This document shows positions 1-17,203 of a DNA stretch of 64,000 nucleotides, one piece after another. The DNA is taken from assembly GCF_009914755.1 (NCBI RefSeq), contig NC_060938.1. One strand, written 5' to 3'. The DNA is from the human T2T-CHM13v2.0 reference genome, Homo sapiens. The position numbers and the translations under genes are program-made. How positions within the stretch are numbered: the first letter of the stretch is position 1; each line of letters opens with the position of its first letter. Under the pieces are notes generated by a model. It made no database searches. It was not told the origin of the DNA and was given only the letters and a program-made list of their open reading frames with translations.

Positions 1-1480
1 AGGGTGATCAGTGCAGAGATGTGTCACAAAGCCCCTGTAGGCAGAGCCTAGACAAGAGTTTCATCACTTGGTTGATCAGTTCAGAGTTGTGTCACAGTGT
101 CCATGTAGGCAGATCTAAGACAAGTGTCCATAACATGGGTGATCTGAGCAGAGATATGTACCAATGTCCCCAGCAGGCAGTGCCTAGACAAGAGTTGCAT
201 CACCTCAGAGATCAGTGCATAGATATGTCACAAAGCCTTCTATAGGCAAAGCTCATACAAGGCTTACATCACCTAGGTGATCAGTGCAGTGATATGTCAC
301 AAAAATCCCTGTAGACAGAGCCTAGAATATAGTTGCATCACCTGGGTGATCAGTGCAGATATTTGACACAATGTCCCCATAGACAGAGCCTAGACAAGAC
401 TTCCATCACCTGGGTGATCAGTGCAGAGATATTTCACAATGCCCCCTGTAGGCAGAGAGTGGAAAAGAGTTAGATAACCTAGTTGATCTTTGCAGAACTA
501 TGTCAAAACGCCCCTATAGGCAGAGCCTAGATAAATATTACATCACCTGGGTGATCAGTGCAGAGATACGTCACAATACCCTCTGTAGGTGGAGCCTAGA
601 CAAGAGTTACATCACCTGGGTGATCAGTGCAGAGATATGTCACAAAGCCCCTTTAGGTGGAGCCTAGACAAGAGTTACATCACCTGGGTGATCAGTGCAG
701 AAATATGTCACAAAGCCCCTGTAGGCCGAGGCTAGAAAAGAGTTACATCACGTGGGTTATCAGTGCAGAGATATCTCACAATATCCCCTGTAAGCAGAGT
801 CTAGACAAGAGTTACATCACGTGGGTGATCAGTGTAGAGATGTGTCATAAATCGCACTGTACGCAAACCCTAGACAAGTTTTACATCACCTCAGCGATCA
901 GTGCAGAGATATGTCCCAGTGTCCCTCTTGGCAGAGCTTAGACAAGAGTCACATCTCCTGGGTGATCAGTGCAGAGGTAAGTCATAATGCCCCCATAGGC
1001 AGGCCTAGACAAGAGTTATATAACCCGGGTGATCATCAGTGCAGAGATATGTCACGATGCCCCCATAGGCAGATCCAAGACAAGAGTCCATCACCTGGGT
1101 GATCACTGCCGAAATATGCCACAATGCCGCCATTGGGCAGATATAGAGAAGAGTTACATCACCTCCGTGATCACTGCAGAGATATGTCACAATGCCCCTG
1201 TAGGCAGAGCCTAGAGAAGTGTCCCATCACCTGGGTGATCAGTGCAGAGTTATGTCACAATGCCTCCTTTTGGCAGAGCCTAGACAAGGGTTACATCACC
1301 TGGGTGATCAGTGCAGAGATGTGCCACAAGCCCCCTGTAGCCAGAGCCTAGACAAGTGTTACATCAGCTGTGTGATCAGTGCAGTGACATGTCACAATGC
1401 CCCTGTAGCCATATTCTTGACAAAAGAGACATCACCTGGGTGATCAGTGCGCAGATATGTCACAATGTCTTCAGTAGGCA
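1..1480 (+). repeat. Beta-satellite (68-bp Sau3A/BSR) array, plus orientation
   Basis: Tandem ~68-bp monomers of the form GATCAGTGCAGAGATATGTCACAATGCCCCTGTAGGCAGAGCCTAGACAAGAGTTACATCACCTGGGT, with about one GATC per monomer. Confidence 0.96.
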
Positions 1481-1865
1481 CTGATCACCCCAGGGAGAAA
1501 ACACTTTTCTACCCTCTGCCTACAGGAGGCTTTATGACTGAATCCCTGCACTAATCACTACGTGATGTAACACTTGTCTAGGCTCTGTCTACACGGGAAT
1601 TTTCACAGATCTCTACACTGATCACCTAAGTGATGTAACCCTTGTCTAGGGTCAGCCTACTGGGGATTTCTGACACACGTATGCACTGATCACCGAGGTG
1701 ACATAAATCATTTCCAGGCTTTTTTTTGCAGGTGACATTGTGAAATATCTCTGCATTGACCACCCAAATGATGCAAATCTCCTCTGAGCTCCGCAGGGAG
1801 GGGCATTGTGACATATTTCTGAACTGATCATCCAGGAGATGTAACTATTCTGCAGGCTGTGACTA
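1478..1865 (-). repeat. Beta-satellite, minus orientation (3' flank of D4Z4-like unit 1)
   Basis: Reverse-complement monomers (GCACTGATCACC...GTGATGTAAC..TTGTCTAGG). The same variant series precedes units 3-6. Confidence 0.93.
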
Positions 1866-2569
1866 AAGAGCGCCGGAAGGTGTTGGGAGAGCCTCAGCCG
1901 GAATTTCACGGACGGACAAGGGCACAGAGAGGCCAGCGGGCTCCCTTGCACGTCAGCCGCGGTGCGCAATGAGCGCAGGTCTAGCCAGGAGGTCGGTAAA
2001 GAGAACTAGAGGTCTGCGTTCCGCCGCCAGGTGCTCCATGGCGGCAGCTGGGAGGCTGCAGGGGCACAGGAGGGCCGGCGACGGTGGCGCGGAGGTGCAG
2101 AGGAGGAGAGCCGCCGGAGGGGTGTCAGGCCTGGACGTTGAGCGGGCCCGGTGTTTCGCGGGACGGGGGTCTCCACCCAGCCCAGGGGAGGACGCATTTT
2201 CCGCGGGTGGGCATTGGGGGTGTGGAGGGGCTGGTCAGGCGGGCGTGGGTTGGAGGAAAGAGAGGAGAGCTCTGTACGGGCTGCTCCAACAGCCCAGGCG
2301 GCTGCCCACAAACCCGTGTGTGTAGTTGGCGGCCCACCTGCTGGTACCTGGGCCGGCTCTGGGATCCCAGGGATGCCCAGGAAAGAATGGCAGTTCTCCG
2401 CTCTGTGGAGTCTCTCACCAGGCCTAGACCTAGAAGGCAGGAATCCCAGGCCTGTCAGCCTGGTGTAGGGGGCAGGGGAAAGACACGCCCCTCCATAGCC
2501 AGCCAGGTGTTCCCCGCGAATGGGAGGATACGGCCCTGCCCCGACCCAACCCCTTCCCAACCCAGCGAC

Positions 2570-4006
<1,437 letters not shown>

Positions 4007-4616
4007 TTATGAATGGCAGTGAGCCCTGGGACAGGTCGCCCAACCCCGGAAGTGTCCCAGGGCGTTGAGGCCTGCGGCCGGGTGGTGGTGAGGTGGGTGG
4101 GGGGAGGGCGTGGTGAAAGACGAAGAGTAAGGGGGCGAGGGCGAAGGGGTGAGGGGGGCGCGTTTCAGGGGCTGGCTCTCCAGACCACACCAGGAATCCT
4201 GCGGGAACTGGAAGCCGCTTTCTGGGCTCCCACGCATCTTCAGCAGGGAGAAACCGGCCTGGGAGAGTGGAGGGGAGTGTGGAACTGAACCTCCGTGGGA
4301 GTCTTGAGTGTTCCAGGCCCTGTCTCCGTGAAGTAGTCAGTGCCTGTGGGTGTCGCCATTGCCGGGACAGTCTCACATGCGCAGATGTGTGACTCTCGTT
4401 CATTTCCACGTAGGAGACCAGAGCGAGACCCCAGAGAGAAGATGCCTCCCAGGCGTGATGGCCTGACGATGGTTTCCCGTGTGCGGCAACATGGGAAGTC
4501 TGCAGTGTGGCCGGTTTGGAAACTGGCAGGGACAGCGAAGGCACCATGACCGTCTTCTACCCTTCCCTGCGTGTTTTCGGGTGCCCGCAGAGCTCCGGAA
4601 GCAAACAGTCAGCATG

Positions 4617-7600
4617 ACACATCTCTGAACTGATCAACAAAGTGATGTAAACCTTGTCTAGGCTCTGCCTACAGGGGGCTTTGTGACATATCCCTGCAAT
4701 GATCACCCAGGTGATATACTACTTTTCAAGGCTCTGCCTACAGGGGCACTGCGATGTATCTCTGCACTGATCACCTAGGTCATGTAACTATTGTCTAGGC
4801 TCTGCCTACAGTGGCATTGGGACATATCTCTGCACTGATCATCCAAGTGATGTTGCTCTTGTCTAGGATCTGCCTAAAGGTACTTTGTGACATAACTCTG
4901 TACTGATCATCCAGGTGATGGGGTTTTTGTCTAGGCTCTGCCTAAGGTGGCATTGTGACGTATTTCTGCACTGATCACCAAGGTGACGGACTCTTTTCTT
5001 GGATCTGCCTATGGGGGCATTGTGACATATCTCTGCACTGATCACCCCGGTGATGTAACTGTTCTATAAGCTCTGCCTACAGGGGAACTATGAGAAATCT
5101 CGCCACTGATTACCCAAGTGAAGTAACTGTTGTCTAGTCTTTGCCTACAGGGGGCTTTGTGACATATATTTGCACTGATCACCCAGATGATGTAACTCAT
5201 CTAAATTCTGCCTACAGGAGTTTTGTGACATATCTCTGCACTGATCACTTAGGTGATGTAACACTTTTATAAGCACTTCCTACAGGGAATTCTGGCAAAT
5301 CTCTGCACTGATAACATAGGTGATGTAACTCTTGTCTACCGTCTGCTCAAAGGGGGCATTGTGAAATATCTCTGCACTGATCACCCAGGTGATACAACTC
5401 TTGTCTTGGATCTGCCTACAGGAGGTATTGTGAAATATCTCTGCACTGATCAACTAGGGGATGTAACTCTTGTCTAGGCTCTGCCTACAGGGGCGTTTCA
5501 CATATCCCTGAACTGATGACAAAGGTGATGTAACTCTTGCCTAGGCTTTGCCTACAGGGGACATAGTGACATATCTCTGCACTGATCACCCAGGTGATGC
5601 AACTCTTCTCTATGCTCTGCCTACTGGGGGCATTGTGACATATCTCTGCACTGATCACCCAGGTGATGTAACTCTTTTCTAGTCTCTGCCTACAGAGTGT
5701 GTTGTGACATCAGTCTGCACGGATCACCCTGGTTATGTAACTCTTGTCTAGGCTCTGCCTACAGGGGGGCATTGTGACTTATCTCTGCACTGATCACCCA
5801 GGAGATGTGACTCTTGTCAAAGCTCTGCCTAGAGGGACATCTGGACATATCTCTGCACTGATCGCTGAGGTGATGTAAAACATGTCTAGGCTTTGCCTAC
5901 AGTGGGATTTATGACATATCTGCACAGATCACCCAGGTGATGTAAATCTTGTCTAGGCTCTGCCTACAGGGGCATTTTCACATATCACTGCAGTGATCAC
6001 CGAGATGATGTAACTCTTGTATAGGCTTCGCCGACAAGGGGCATTGGGACATATCTCTGCAGTGATCACCGAGGTGATGCAACTCTTGACTAGGATCTGC
6101 TTACAGGGGGTATTGTGACATATCTCTGCCCTGATCACCCAGGTGATGTACTTCTTGTCTAGGCTCTGCCTACTGGAGACATTGTGACATATCTCTGCGC
6201 TGGTCACCCAGGTGATGTCACTTTTGTCAAGGATATGGCTACAGGGACATTGTGACATGTCACTGCACTGATCACACAGCTGATGTAACTCTTAACTATG
6301 CTCTGTCTACAGGGGGCTTGTGAAACATCTCTGCACTGATCACCCAGGTCATGTAACCCTTGTCTAGGCTCTGCCAAAAGGGGGCATTGTGACATAACTC
6401 TGCACTGATCACGCAGGTGATGGGACACTTCTCTAGGCTCTGCCAACAGGGGCATTGTGACATATCTCTGCAGTGATCACGCAGGTGATGTTACTCTTTT
6501 CTATATCTGCCTACTGGCGGTAGTGTGGCATATTTCTGCACTGATCACCCAGGTGATGGACTCTTGTCTTTTTCTGCCTGTGGGGGCATAGTTACATAAC
6601 TCTGCACTGAGCACTCATGTGATGTAACGCTTGTGTAAGCTGCGCCTAAAGGAGAATTGTGACAGACATGGCCACTGATCACCCAGGTGATGTAGCAATT
6701 TTCTCGGATTTGCCTACAGGGGCCTTTGTGACATATCTTTGCACTGATCACCCAGGAGATGTAACTCTTGTCTAGGCTCTGCATACAGTGGCTTTGTGAC
6801 ACATTTCTGCACTGATCACCCAGGAGATATAACTCTTGTTTAGACTCTGCCTACAGGGGCTTTGTGAAATATCTCTGTACTGATCACCCAGGTGATGTAA
6901 CTCTTGTCTAGGCTCCACCTACAGGGCGTATGCTGATGTATCTCTTCACTGATCACCCAAGTGATGTAACATTTATCTAGGCTCTGCCTACAGGGGCGTT
7001 TTGACATACCTCTGCACAGATCAACTAGGTTATGTAAATCTTGTCCACTCTCTGCCTACAGGGGGCATTGTGAAATATCTCTGCACTGATCACCCAGGTG
7101 ATGGGACTCTTCTCTATACTCTGCCTAGAGGGGGATTTGTGACATATCTCTGCAGTGATCACAGAGGTAATGGAAGTCTTGTCTAGGCTCTGTCTATGGG
7201 GCACTTTGTGAAATATCTTCACTGATCACCCAGGTGATGTTACTGTTGTCTATGCTCTGTCTACAGGGATTTTTGTGACATATCACTGCACTGATCCCCT
7301 AGGTTATGTAAGCCTTGTATGGGCTTTGCCTACAGAAGGCTTTGTGATATATCTATGCACTGATCTCTGAGGTGATGCAACTCTTGTCTAGGCACTGCCT
7401 ACAGGAGACATAGGTACATATCTCTGCTCTGATCACCCAGGTGATGGACCCTTGTCTGAGATCTGTCTACATGGACATTGTGACACATCTCTGAACTGAT
7501 CAACCAAGTGACGAAACTCTTGTCTAGGCTCTGTCTACAGGGGCTTTGTGACACATCTCTGCACTGATCACCCTGGGGAGGGAACTCTTGTCTACACTGT

Positions 7601-7806
7601 GCCTACAGGAAGCTTTATGATTTATAACTGCACTGATAACCTAGGTGATCATTTCCAGGCTTTTTTTACAGGGGAGATTGTGATATATCTCTGCACTGAT
7701 TACCCAAATGATGCAAATCTTCTCTAGTCTCCGCAGGGAAGGGGCATTGTGACGTATTTCTGAACCGATCATCCAGGAGATACAACTATTCTCCAGGCTC
7801 TGACTA
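4617..7806 (-). repeat. Beta-satellite spacer (~3.2 kb)
   Basis: Continuous 68-bp monomers in minus orientation. Confidence 0.96.
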
Positions 7807-8510
7807 AAAAGTGGCGGAAGGTTTTGAGAGAGCCTCAGCCAGAATTTCACAGACGGACAAGGGCACAGAAAGGCCAGCGGGCTCCCTTGCACGTCACCCC
7901 AGGAGCAAAATGAGCGCAGGTCTAGCCAGGAGGCAGGAAAAAGTGCTAGAGTTATGCGTTCCACTGCCAAGCGCTCCATGGTGGCAACTGGGAGGCTGCA
8001 GGGGCACAGGCAGCCCGGCGACGGTGGTGCAGAGGCGCAGAGGAGGCGAGCCGCCGGAGAGTTGTCAGGCCTGGAGGCTGCGCGGGCCCGGTGTTTCGTG
8101 GGACGGGGGTCTCCACCCAGGGCAGGGGAGGACACATTTTCCGGGTCGGGGTGTGGGGGTGGGGAGGGGATGGTCAGGCTGTGGTGGGCTTGTGGAAAGG
8201 CATGAGAGCTCTGCCCGGGTTGCTCCCACAGCCCGGGCGGCGGCTCACAAACGCGCGCATATGCAGTAGGCAGCCCAACTGCTGGTACCTGGGCCGGCTC
8301 TGGGATCCCCGGGATGCCCAGGAAAGGATGGCAGTTCTCCGCTGTGTGGAGCCTCTCACTGGGCCTAGACCTAGAAGGCAGGAATCCCAGGCCAGTCAGC
8401 CCAGTTGAGGTGGCGTGGGGAAGACACAGCCCTCCATAACCAGCCAGGTGTTCCCCGTGAAAGAGACGCCACCGCCCTGCCGCAAACGGACCCCTTCCCA
8501 ACCCCGCGTC

Positions 8511-9901
<1,391 letters not shown>

Positions 9902-10529
9902 TCATGAATGACGGTGAGCCCTGGGACAGTCCGCCCCACCCTGGAAGGGTCCCAGGACGTCGAGGCCTGCGGCCGGGGTGGGGTGGTGTGGGGGGGGGAG
10001 GGCGTGGTGATGGTGGTGGTGGGGCCGGAGAGACGAAGAGGAAGGGTGCGATGGGGAAGGGGTGAGGGTGGCGCATTTCGGGGGCTGGCTCTCCGGACTT
10101 CTCCAGGAATCCCGTGGGAACTGGAAGAGGCTCTCAGGATTCCCAAGCGTCTTCAGCAGGGAAAAACTGGCCTGGGACGGTGGAGGGGAGTGTAGAACTG
10201 AACCTCCGAGGGAGTCTTGAGTGTTCCAGGCCCTCTATCGGTGAAAGAGGCAGTGCCTGTGGGTGTCGCCGTTGCCGGGACAGTCTCACTTGTGCAGACG
10301 TGTGGCTCTCGTTCATTTCCACGTAGGAGACCAGAGCGAGACCCCAGAGAGAAGATACCTCCCCAGCGTGATGGCCTGAAGATAGAATCCCGTGTGCGGC
10401 AACATGGGGAGTCTGCAGTGTGGCCGGTTTGGAAACTGGCAAGGAGAATGAAGGCACCATGCCGGTCTTCCACCCTTCCCTGCATGTTTCCGGGTGCCCG
10501 CAGAGCTCCAGGAGCAAACAGTCAGCATG

Positions 10530-13500
10530 ACACATCTGTGACCTAATCAACAAAGTGATGTAACATTTGTCTAGGCTCTGCCTACAGGGGCTTTGTGACA
10601 TATCTCTGCACTGAACACCCAGGTGATGTAACTCTTGTGTTGGATCTGCCTATGGGGGCATTATCACATATTTCTGCACTGATCACCCAGGTGATGGGAC
10701 TCTTGCCTAGGCTCTGTGTATGGGGGCTTTGTGACATATCTCTGCACTGATCACCCAGGTGATGTAACGCGTTACTAGGCTCCGACTACGGGGCATAGTG
10801 ACATATCACTGCATTGATCACCGAGGTGATGTAACTCTTGTCCAGGCTCTGCCTATAGGGGCCTTGTGACATATCTCTGCACTGATTATCTAGGTGATGT
10901 GACTCTTGCTCATGTTCTGCCTGCAGGGGCATTGTGAAATATCTCTGCATTGATCACCCAGGTGATGGGACTCTTCTCTAGGCTCTGACTACTGGGGGCA
11001 TTGTCACAAATTTCTGCACTGATCACCTAAGTGATATAACACTTGTGTAGGCTCTGCCTACAGGGGTATTTTGACATATCTCTGCACTGTTAACTGAAGT
11101 GATGTAACTCTTGTCTAGGCTGTGCCCACAGGGAGATTGAGACATATCTCTGCCCTGATCCAGAGGTGACCCAACTCTTGCCTGGTCTCTGCCTATTGGG
11201 GATATTGTGACATGTCTCTGCACTGATCTCCCAGGTGCTGTAACTTTAGTCTAGGCTCTGGCTACACGGCATTGTGACATATCACGGCACTGATCACCCA
11301 GGTGATATAACTCTTGTCTAGGCTCTGCCTACTGGGGGCTTGTGACATATCTCTGCACTGATCACCCAGGTGATATAACTGTTGTCTATGCTCTGCCTAC
11401 AGGGGGCTTGTGACATATCTCTGCACTGATCACCCAGGTGATGTAACCCTTTTCTAGGATCTGCCTACAGGGTGCTTTGTGACATATCCCTGCAGTGATC
11501 ACCCAGGTGATGTACCACTTGTCAAGGCTCTGCCTACAGGGACATTGTGATATATCTCTGCACTGATCTCCTAGGTCATGTAACTCTTGTCTAGACTCTG
11601 CCTACAGTGACATTGTGAAATATCTCTGCACTGATCATCCAAGTGATATAACCCTTGTCTAGGATCTGCCTAAAGGGACTTTGTGACATAACTCTGCAAG
11701 GATCATCCAGGTGATGGGGCTTTTGTCTAGGCTCTGACTAAGGGGGCATTGTGACATATTTCTGCACTGATCACCCAGGTGACGGACTCTTGTCTTGGAT
11801 CTGCCTATGGGGGCCTTGGGTTATATCTCTGCACTGATAACCCAGGAGATGTAAGTGTTGTTATAAGCTCTGCCTGCAGGGGAATTGTGAGAGATCTCGC
11901 CACTGATCACCCAAGTGATGTAACTATTGTCTAGGCTTTGCCTACAGGTGGCTTTGTGACATACATTTGCACTGATCACCCAGGTGACGTAACTCACCTA
12001 AGTTCTGCTACAGGAGCTTTGTTGCATATCTCTGCACTGATCACTTAGGTGATGTAACACTTTTATAAGCACTGCCTACAGGGAATTTTGAAAAATTTCC
12101 GCACTGATCACCTACGTGATGTAACTCTTGTCTACCCTCTGCCCAAAGGGCGCATTGTGAAATATCTCTGCACTGATCACCCTGGTGATTCAACTCTTGT
12201 CTAGGATCTGCCTAAGGTGGTATTGTGAAATATCTCTGCACTGATCAACTAGGGGATGTAACCCTTGTCTAGGCTCTGCCTGCAGGGGCGTTTTCACATA
12301 TCCCTGAACTGATGACAAAGGTGATGTAACTCTTGCCTAGGCTTTGCCCACAGGTGACATTGTGACATATCTCTGCACTGATCACCAAGGTGATGCAATT
12401 CTTCTCTATGCTCTGCCTACAGTGGATATTGTGACATACCTCTGCACTGATCACCCAGGTGATGCAACTCTTCTCTATGCTCTGCCTACAGGGGGCATGG
12501 TGAAATATCTCTGCACTGATCACCCAGGTGATGTAACTGTTTTCTAGTCTCTGCCTACAGAGGTTGTTGTGACATCACTCTGCACGGATCACCCGGGTTA
12601 TGTAACTATTGTCTAGGCCCTGTCTATTGGGGCATTGTGAGTTATCTCTGCACTGACCACCCAGGAGATGTGACTCTTGTCTAAGCTCTGCCTAGAGGGA
12701 CATCTGGACATGTCTCTACACTGATGGCTGAGGTGAAGTAAAACTTGTCTAGGCTTTGCCTACAGTGGGATTTATGACATATCCCTGCACTGATCACCCA
12801 GGTGATATAACTCTTGTCTAGGCTCTGCTTACAGGGGGTACTGTGAGATATCTCTGCACTGATCACCCAGGTGATCTAACTCTTGTCTAGGCTCTGCCTA
12901 CAGGAGCATGTTAACAAATCACTGCACTGATCACCGAGATGAGGTAACTCTTTTATAGGCTTCGCCGACAGGGGGCATTGAGACATATCTGTGCACTGGT
13001 CACCGAGGTGACGTAAATCTTGTCTGGGGTCTGCTTACAGGGGGCATTGTGACATATCCCTGCCCTGCTCACCCAGGTGATGTAACTCTTGTCTAGGCTG
13101 TGACCACAGGGGGATTGAGATATATCTCTGCACTGATCCCGAGGTGATACAACTCTTGCCTGATCTCTGCCTACTGGGGACATTGTGACATATTTCTGTA
13201 CTGATCTCCCAGGTGCTGTAACTTTAGTCTATGCTCTGGCTAAATGGCATCGTGAGAAATCACTGCACTGATCACCCAGGTGCTATAACTCTTGTCTATG
13301 CTCTGCCTACAGGGGGCCTGTGAAATATCTCTGCACTGATCACCCAGGTGATATAACTCTTCTCTAGGATCTGCCTACAGGGTACTTTGAGACATATCCC
13401 TGCAATGATCACCCAGGTGATATACCACTTGTCAAGTCTCTGCCTACAGGGGCATTGCAATGTATCTCTGCACTGATCACCTAGGTCATGTAACTCTTGT

Positions 13501-16500
13501 CTAGGCTCTGCCTACAGTGGCATTGTGACATATTTCTGCACTGATCACCCAGGTGATGTCACGCTTATCTAGGATCTGCCTAAAGGGACTTTGTGACATA
13601 TACCTGCACTGATCATCCATGTGATGGGGCTGTTGTATAGGCTCTGCCTAAGGTGGCATTGTGACATATTTCTGCACTGATCACCAAGGTCACGGACTCT
13701 TGTCTTGGATATGCCTATGGGAGCATTGTGACATATCTCTGCACTGATCACCCAGGTGATGTAACTGTTGTAAAAGCTCTGCCTACAGGGGAATTGTGAG
13801 AGATCTCGCCACTGATCAACCAAGTGATGTAACTATTGTCTAGGCTTTGCCTACAGGGGGCTTTGTGACATACCTTTGCACTGATCACCCAGGTGATGTA
13901 ACTCATCTAAGTTCTGCCTCCTGGAGCTTCGTGACATATCTCTGCACTGATCACTTAGGTGATGTAACACTTTTATAAGCACTGCCTACAGGGAATTTTG
14001 ACAAATCTCTGCAATGATCACCTAGGTGATGTAACTCTTGTCTACCCTCTGACCAAAGGGGGCACTGTGACATATCTCTGCGCAAAATCTCCCAGGTGAT
14101 TCAACTCTTGTCTAGGATATGCCTACAGGGGACATTGTGACATATCTCTGCACTGATCACCCAGGTGATGCAACTCTTCTCTATGCTCTGCCTACAGGGG
14201 ATATTGGAACATATCTCTGCACTGATCTCCCAGGTGATGCAACTCTTCTCTATGCTCTGCCTACAGGGGCATTTTGACATATCTCTGGACTGATCACCCA
14301 GGTGATGTAACTCTTTTCTAGTCTCCGCCTACAGAGGGCGTTGTGACATCACTCTGCACGGATCACCCCGGTTATGTAACTCTTGTCTAGGCTCTGCCAA
14401 TGGGGGCATTGTGACTTATCTCTGCACTGATCACCCAGGAGATGTGACTCTTGTCTAAGCTCTGCCTAGAGGGACATTGGGAAATATCTCTGCACTGATC
14501 GCTGAGGTGATGTAAAACTTGTCTAGGCTTTGCCTACAGTGGGATTTATGACATATCTCTGCACTGATCACCCAGGTGATGTAACTCTTGTTTAGGCTCT
14601 GCTTACAGTTGGTATTGTGAGATATCTCTGCCCTGATCACCCAGGAGATGTAACTCTTGTCTAGGCTGTGCCTACAGGGGCATTTTAACATATCACTGCA
14701 CTGATCACCGAGATGATATAAATCTTGTATAGGCTTCGCCGACAGGGGTCATTGTGTCACATATCTGCACTGATCACCGAGGTGTTGCTACTCTTTTCTG
14801 GGATCTGCTTACAGGGGGCATTGTGACATATCCCTGCCCTGATCACTCAGGTGATGTAACTCTTGTCTATGCTCTGCTTACAGGGGTATTGTGGGATATC
14901 TGTGCACTGATCACCCACGTGATGTAACTCTTGTGTAGGCTGTGCCTACAGGGGCATTTTAACATATCACTGCACTGATCACCGAGATGATATAACTCTT
15001 GTATAGGCTTTGCCGACAGGGGTCATTGTGTCACATATCTGCACTGATCACCGAGGTGATGCAACTCTTGTCTGGGATCTGCTTACAGGTGGCATTGTGA
15101 CATATCTCTGAGCTGATCAACCCGGTGATGTAACTCTTTTCTATGCTCTGCCTACTGGAGACATTGTGACATATCTCCGCACTGATCACCCAGGTGATGT
15201 CACTATTGTCAAGGATATGGCTACAGGGACATTGTGACATGTCACTGCACTGATCACACAGCTGATGTAACTCTTGACTATGCTCTGTCTACAGGGTGCT
15301 TGTGAAACATCTCTGCACTGATCACCCAGGTCATGTAACCCTTGTCTAGGCTCTGCCAAAAGGGGTCATTGTGACATAACTCTGCACTGATCACCAAGGT
15401 GATGGGACTCTTGTCTAGGCTCTACCTACAGGGGTATTGTGACATATCTCTGCAGTGATCACGCAGGTGATGTAACTCTTGTCTATATCTGCCTACTGGT
15501 GGCATTGTGACATATTTCTGCACTGATCACCCCGGTGATGGACACTTGTCTTTGATCTGCCTGTGGGGACATAGTGACTTATCTCTGCACTGATCACTCA
15601 TGTGATGTAATGCTTGTCTAAGCTGCGCCTAAAGGGGAATTGTGACAGATATCTCCAATAATCACCCAGGTGATGTAACAATTTTCTGGGATTTGTTTAC
15701 AGGTGGCTTTGTGACATATCTTTGCACTGATCTCCCAGGAGATGTAACTCTTGTCTGGGCTCGGACTACAGGGGCTTTGTGACATATTTCTGTACTCATC
15801 ACCCAGGTGATGTGACTCTTGTCTAGGCTCCACCTACAGGGGGTATTGTGACGAATCTCTGCACTGATCACCCAGGTGATGTAACATTTATCCAGGCTCT
15901 GCCTAATGGGGCGTTTTGACATAGCTCTGCAGAGATCACCTATGTTATCTAACTCTTGTCCACTCTCTGCCTACAGGGGGCATTGTGAAATATCTCTGCA
16001 CTGATCACCCAGGTGATGGGACTCTTCTCTATACTCTGCCTAGAGGGGGATTTGTGACATATCTCTGCACTGATCACCCAGGTGAAGGAAGTCTTGTCTA
16101 GGCTCTGTCTATGGGGGCATTGTGATATCACTGCACTGATCACCTAGGTGATGTAAACCTTTTATGGGCGTTACCTACAGAAGCCTTTGTGACATATCTA
16201 TGCACTGATCTCTGAGGTGATGCAACTCTTGTCTAGGCACTGCCTACAGTGGACATTGGTACATATCTCTGCACTGATCACCCAGGTGATGGACTCTTGT
16301 CTTAGATCTGCCTACATGGACATTGTGACACATCTCTGAACTGATCAACCATGTGATGAGACTGTTGTCTAGGATCTGCCTACAGGAGCTTTGTGACACA
16401 TCTCTGCACTGATCACTTTGGGGATTGGACTCTTTTCTTCGCTCTGCCTTCAGGAGGCTTTACATCTTATACCTGCACTGATAACCTAGGTGATGTAACA

Positions 16501-17203
16501 CTTGTCTAGACTCTGCCTACACGGGAATTCTCACATATCTCTGCACTGATCACGCAGTTGATGTAACTCCTGTCTAGGTTCAGCCTACAGGAGCGTTTTC
16601 ACATAACTCTGCACTGATCACCCTGGTGATGTAACCCTTGTCTAAGCTCTGCCTACAGGGGCATTGTGACAGATCTCTCCACTGCTCACCCAGGTGATGT
16701 AACAATTATCTGGGCTTTCCCTACAGCAGGCTTTGTGATATACATTTCCACTGATCAAACAGATGATGTAAGCCTTGTCAAAGTTCTGCTTACAGGGGCT
16801 TTGTGACATATCTCTGCACTGATCAACCCAGGGAAGAAACACTTGTCTGCACTCCGCCTACAGGAGGCTTTACGACTTATCCCTGCAATGATCAGTAGGT
16901 GATGTAACACTTGTCTAGGCTCTGTCTACATGGGAATTTTCACATATCTCTACACTGGTCACCTAAGTGATGTAAACCTTGTCTAGGTTCAGCCTACTGG
17001 GGATTTCTGAGATACCTATGCACTGATCACCGAGGTGATGTATATCATTTCCAGGCTTTTTGTACAGGGGACATTGTGATATGTCTCTACACTGATCACC
17101 CAAATGATGCAAATTTTCTCTAGACTCCTCAGGGAGGTTGCATTGTGACATATTTCTGAACTGATCATCCAGGAAGATGTAACTATTCTCCAGGCTTTGA
17201 CTA
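10530..17203 (-). repeat. Beta-satellite spacer (~6.7 kb)
   Basis: Continuous 68-bp monomers in minus orientation. Confidence 0.96.
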
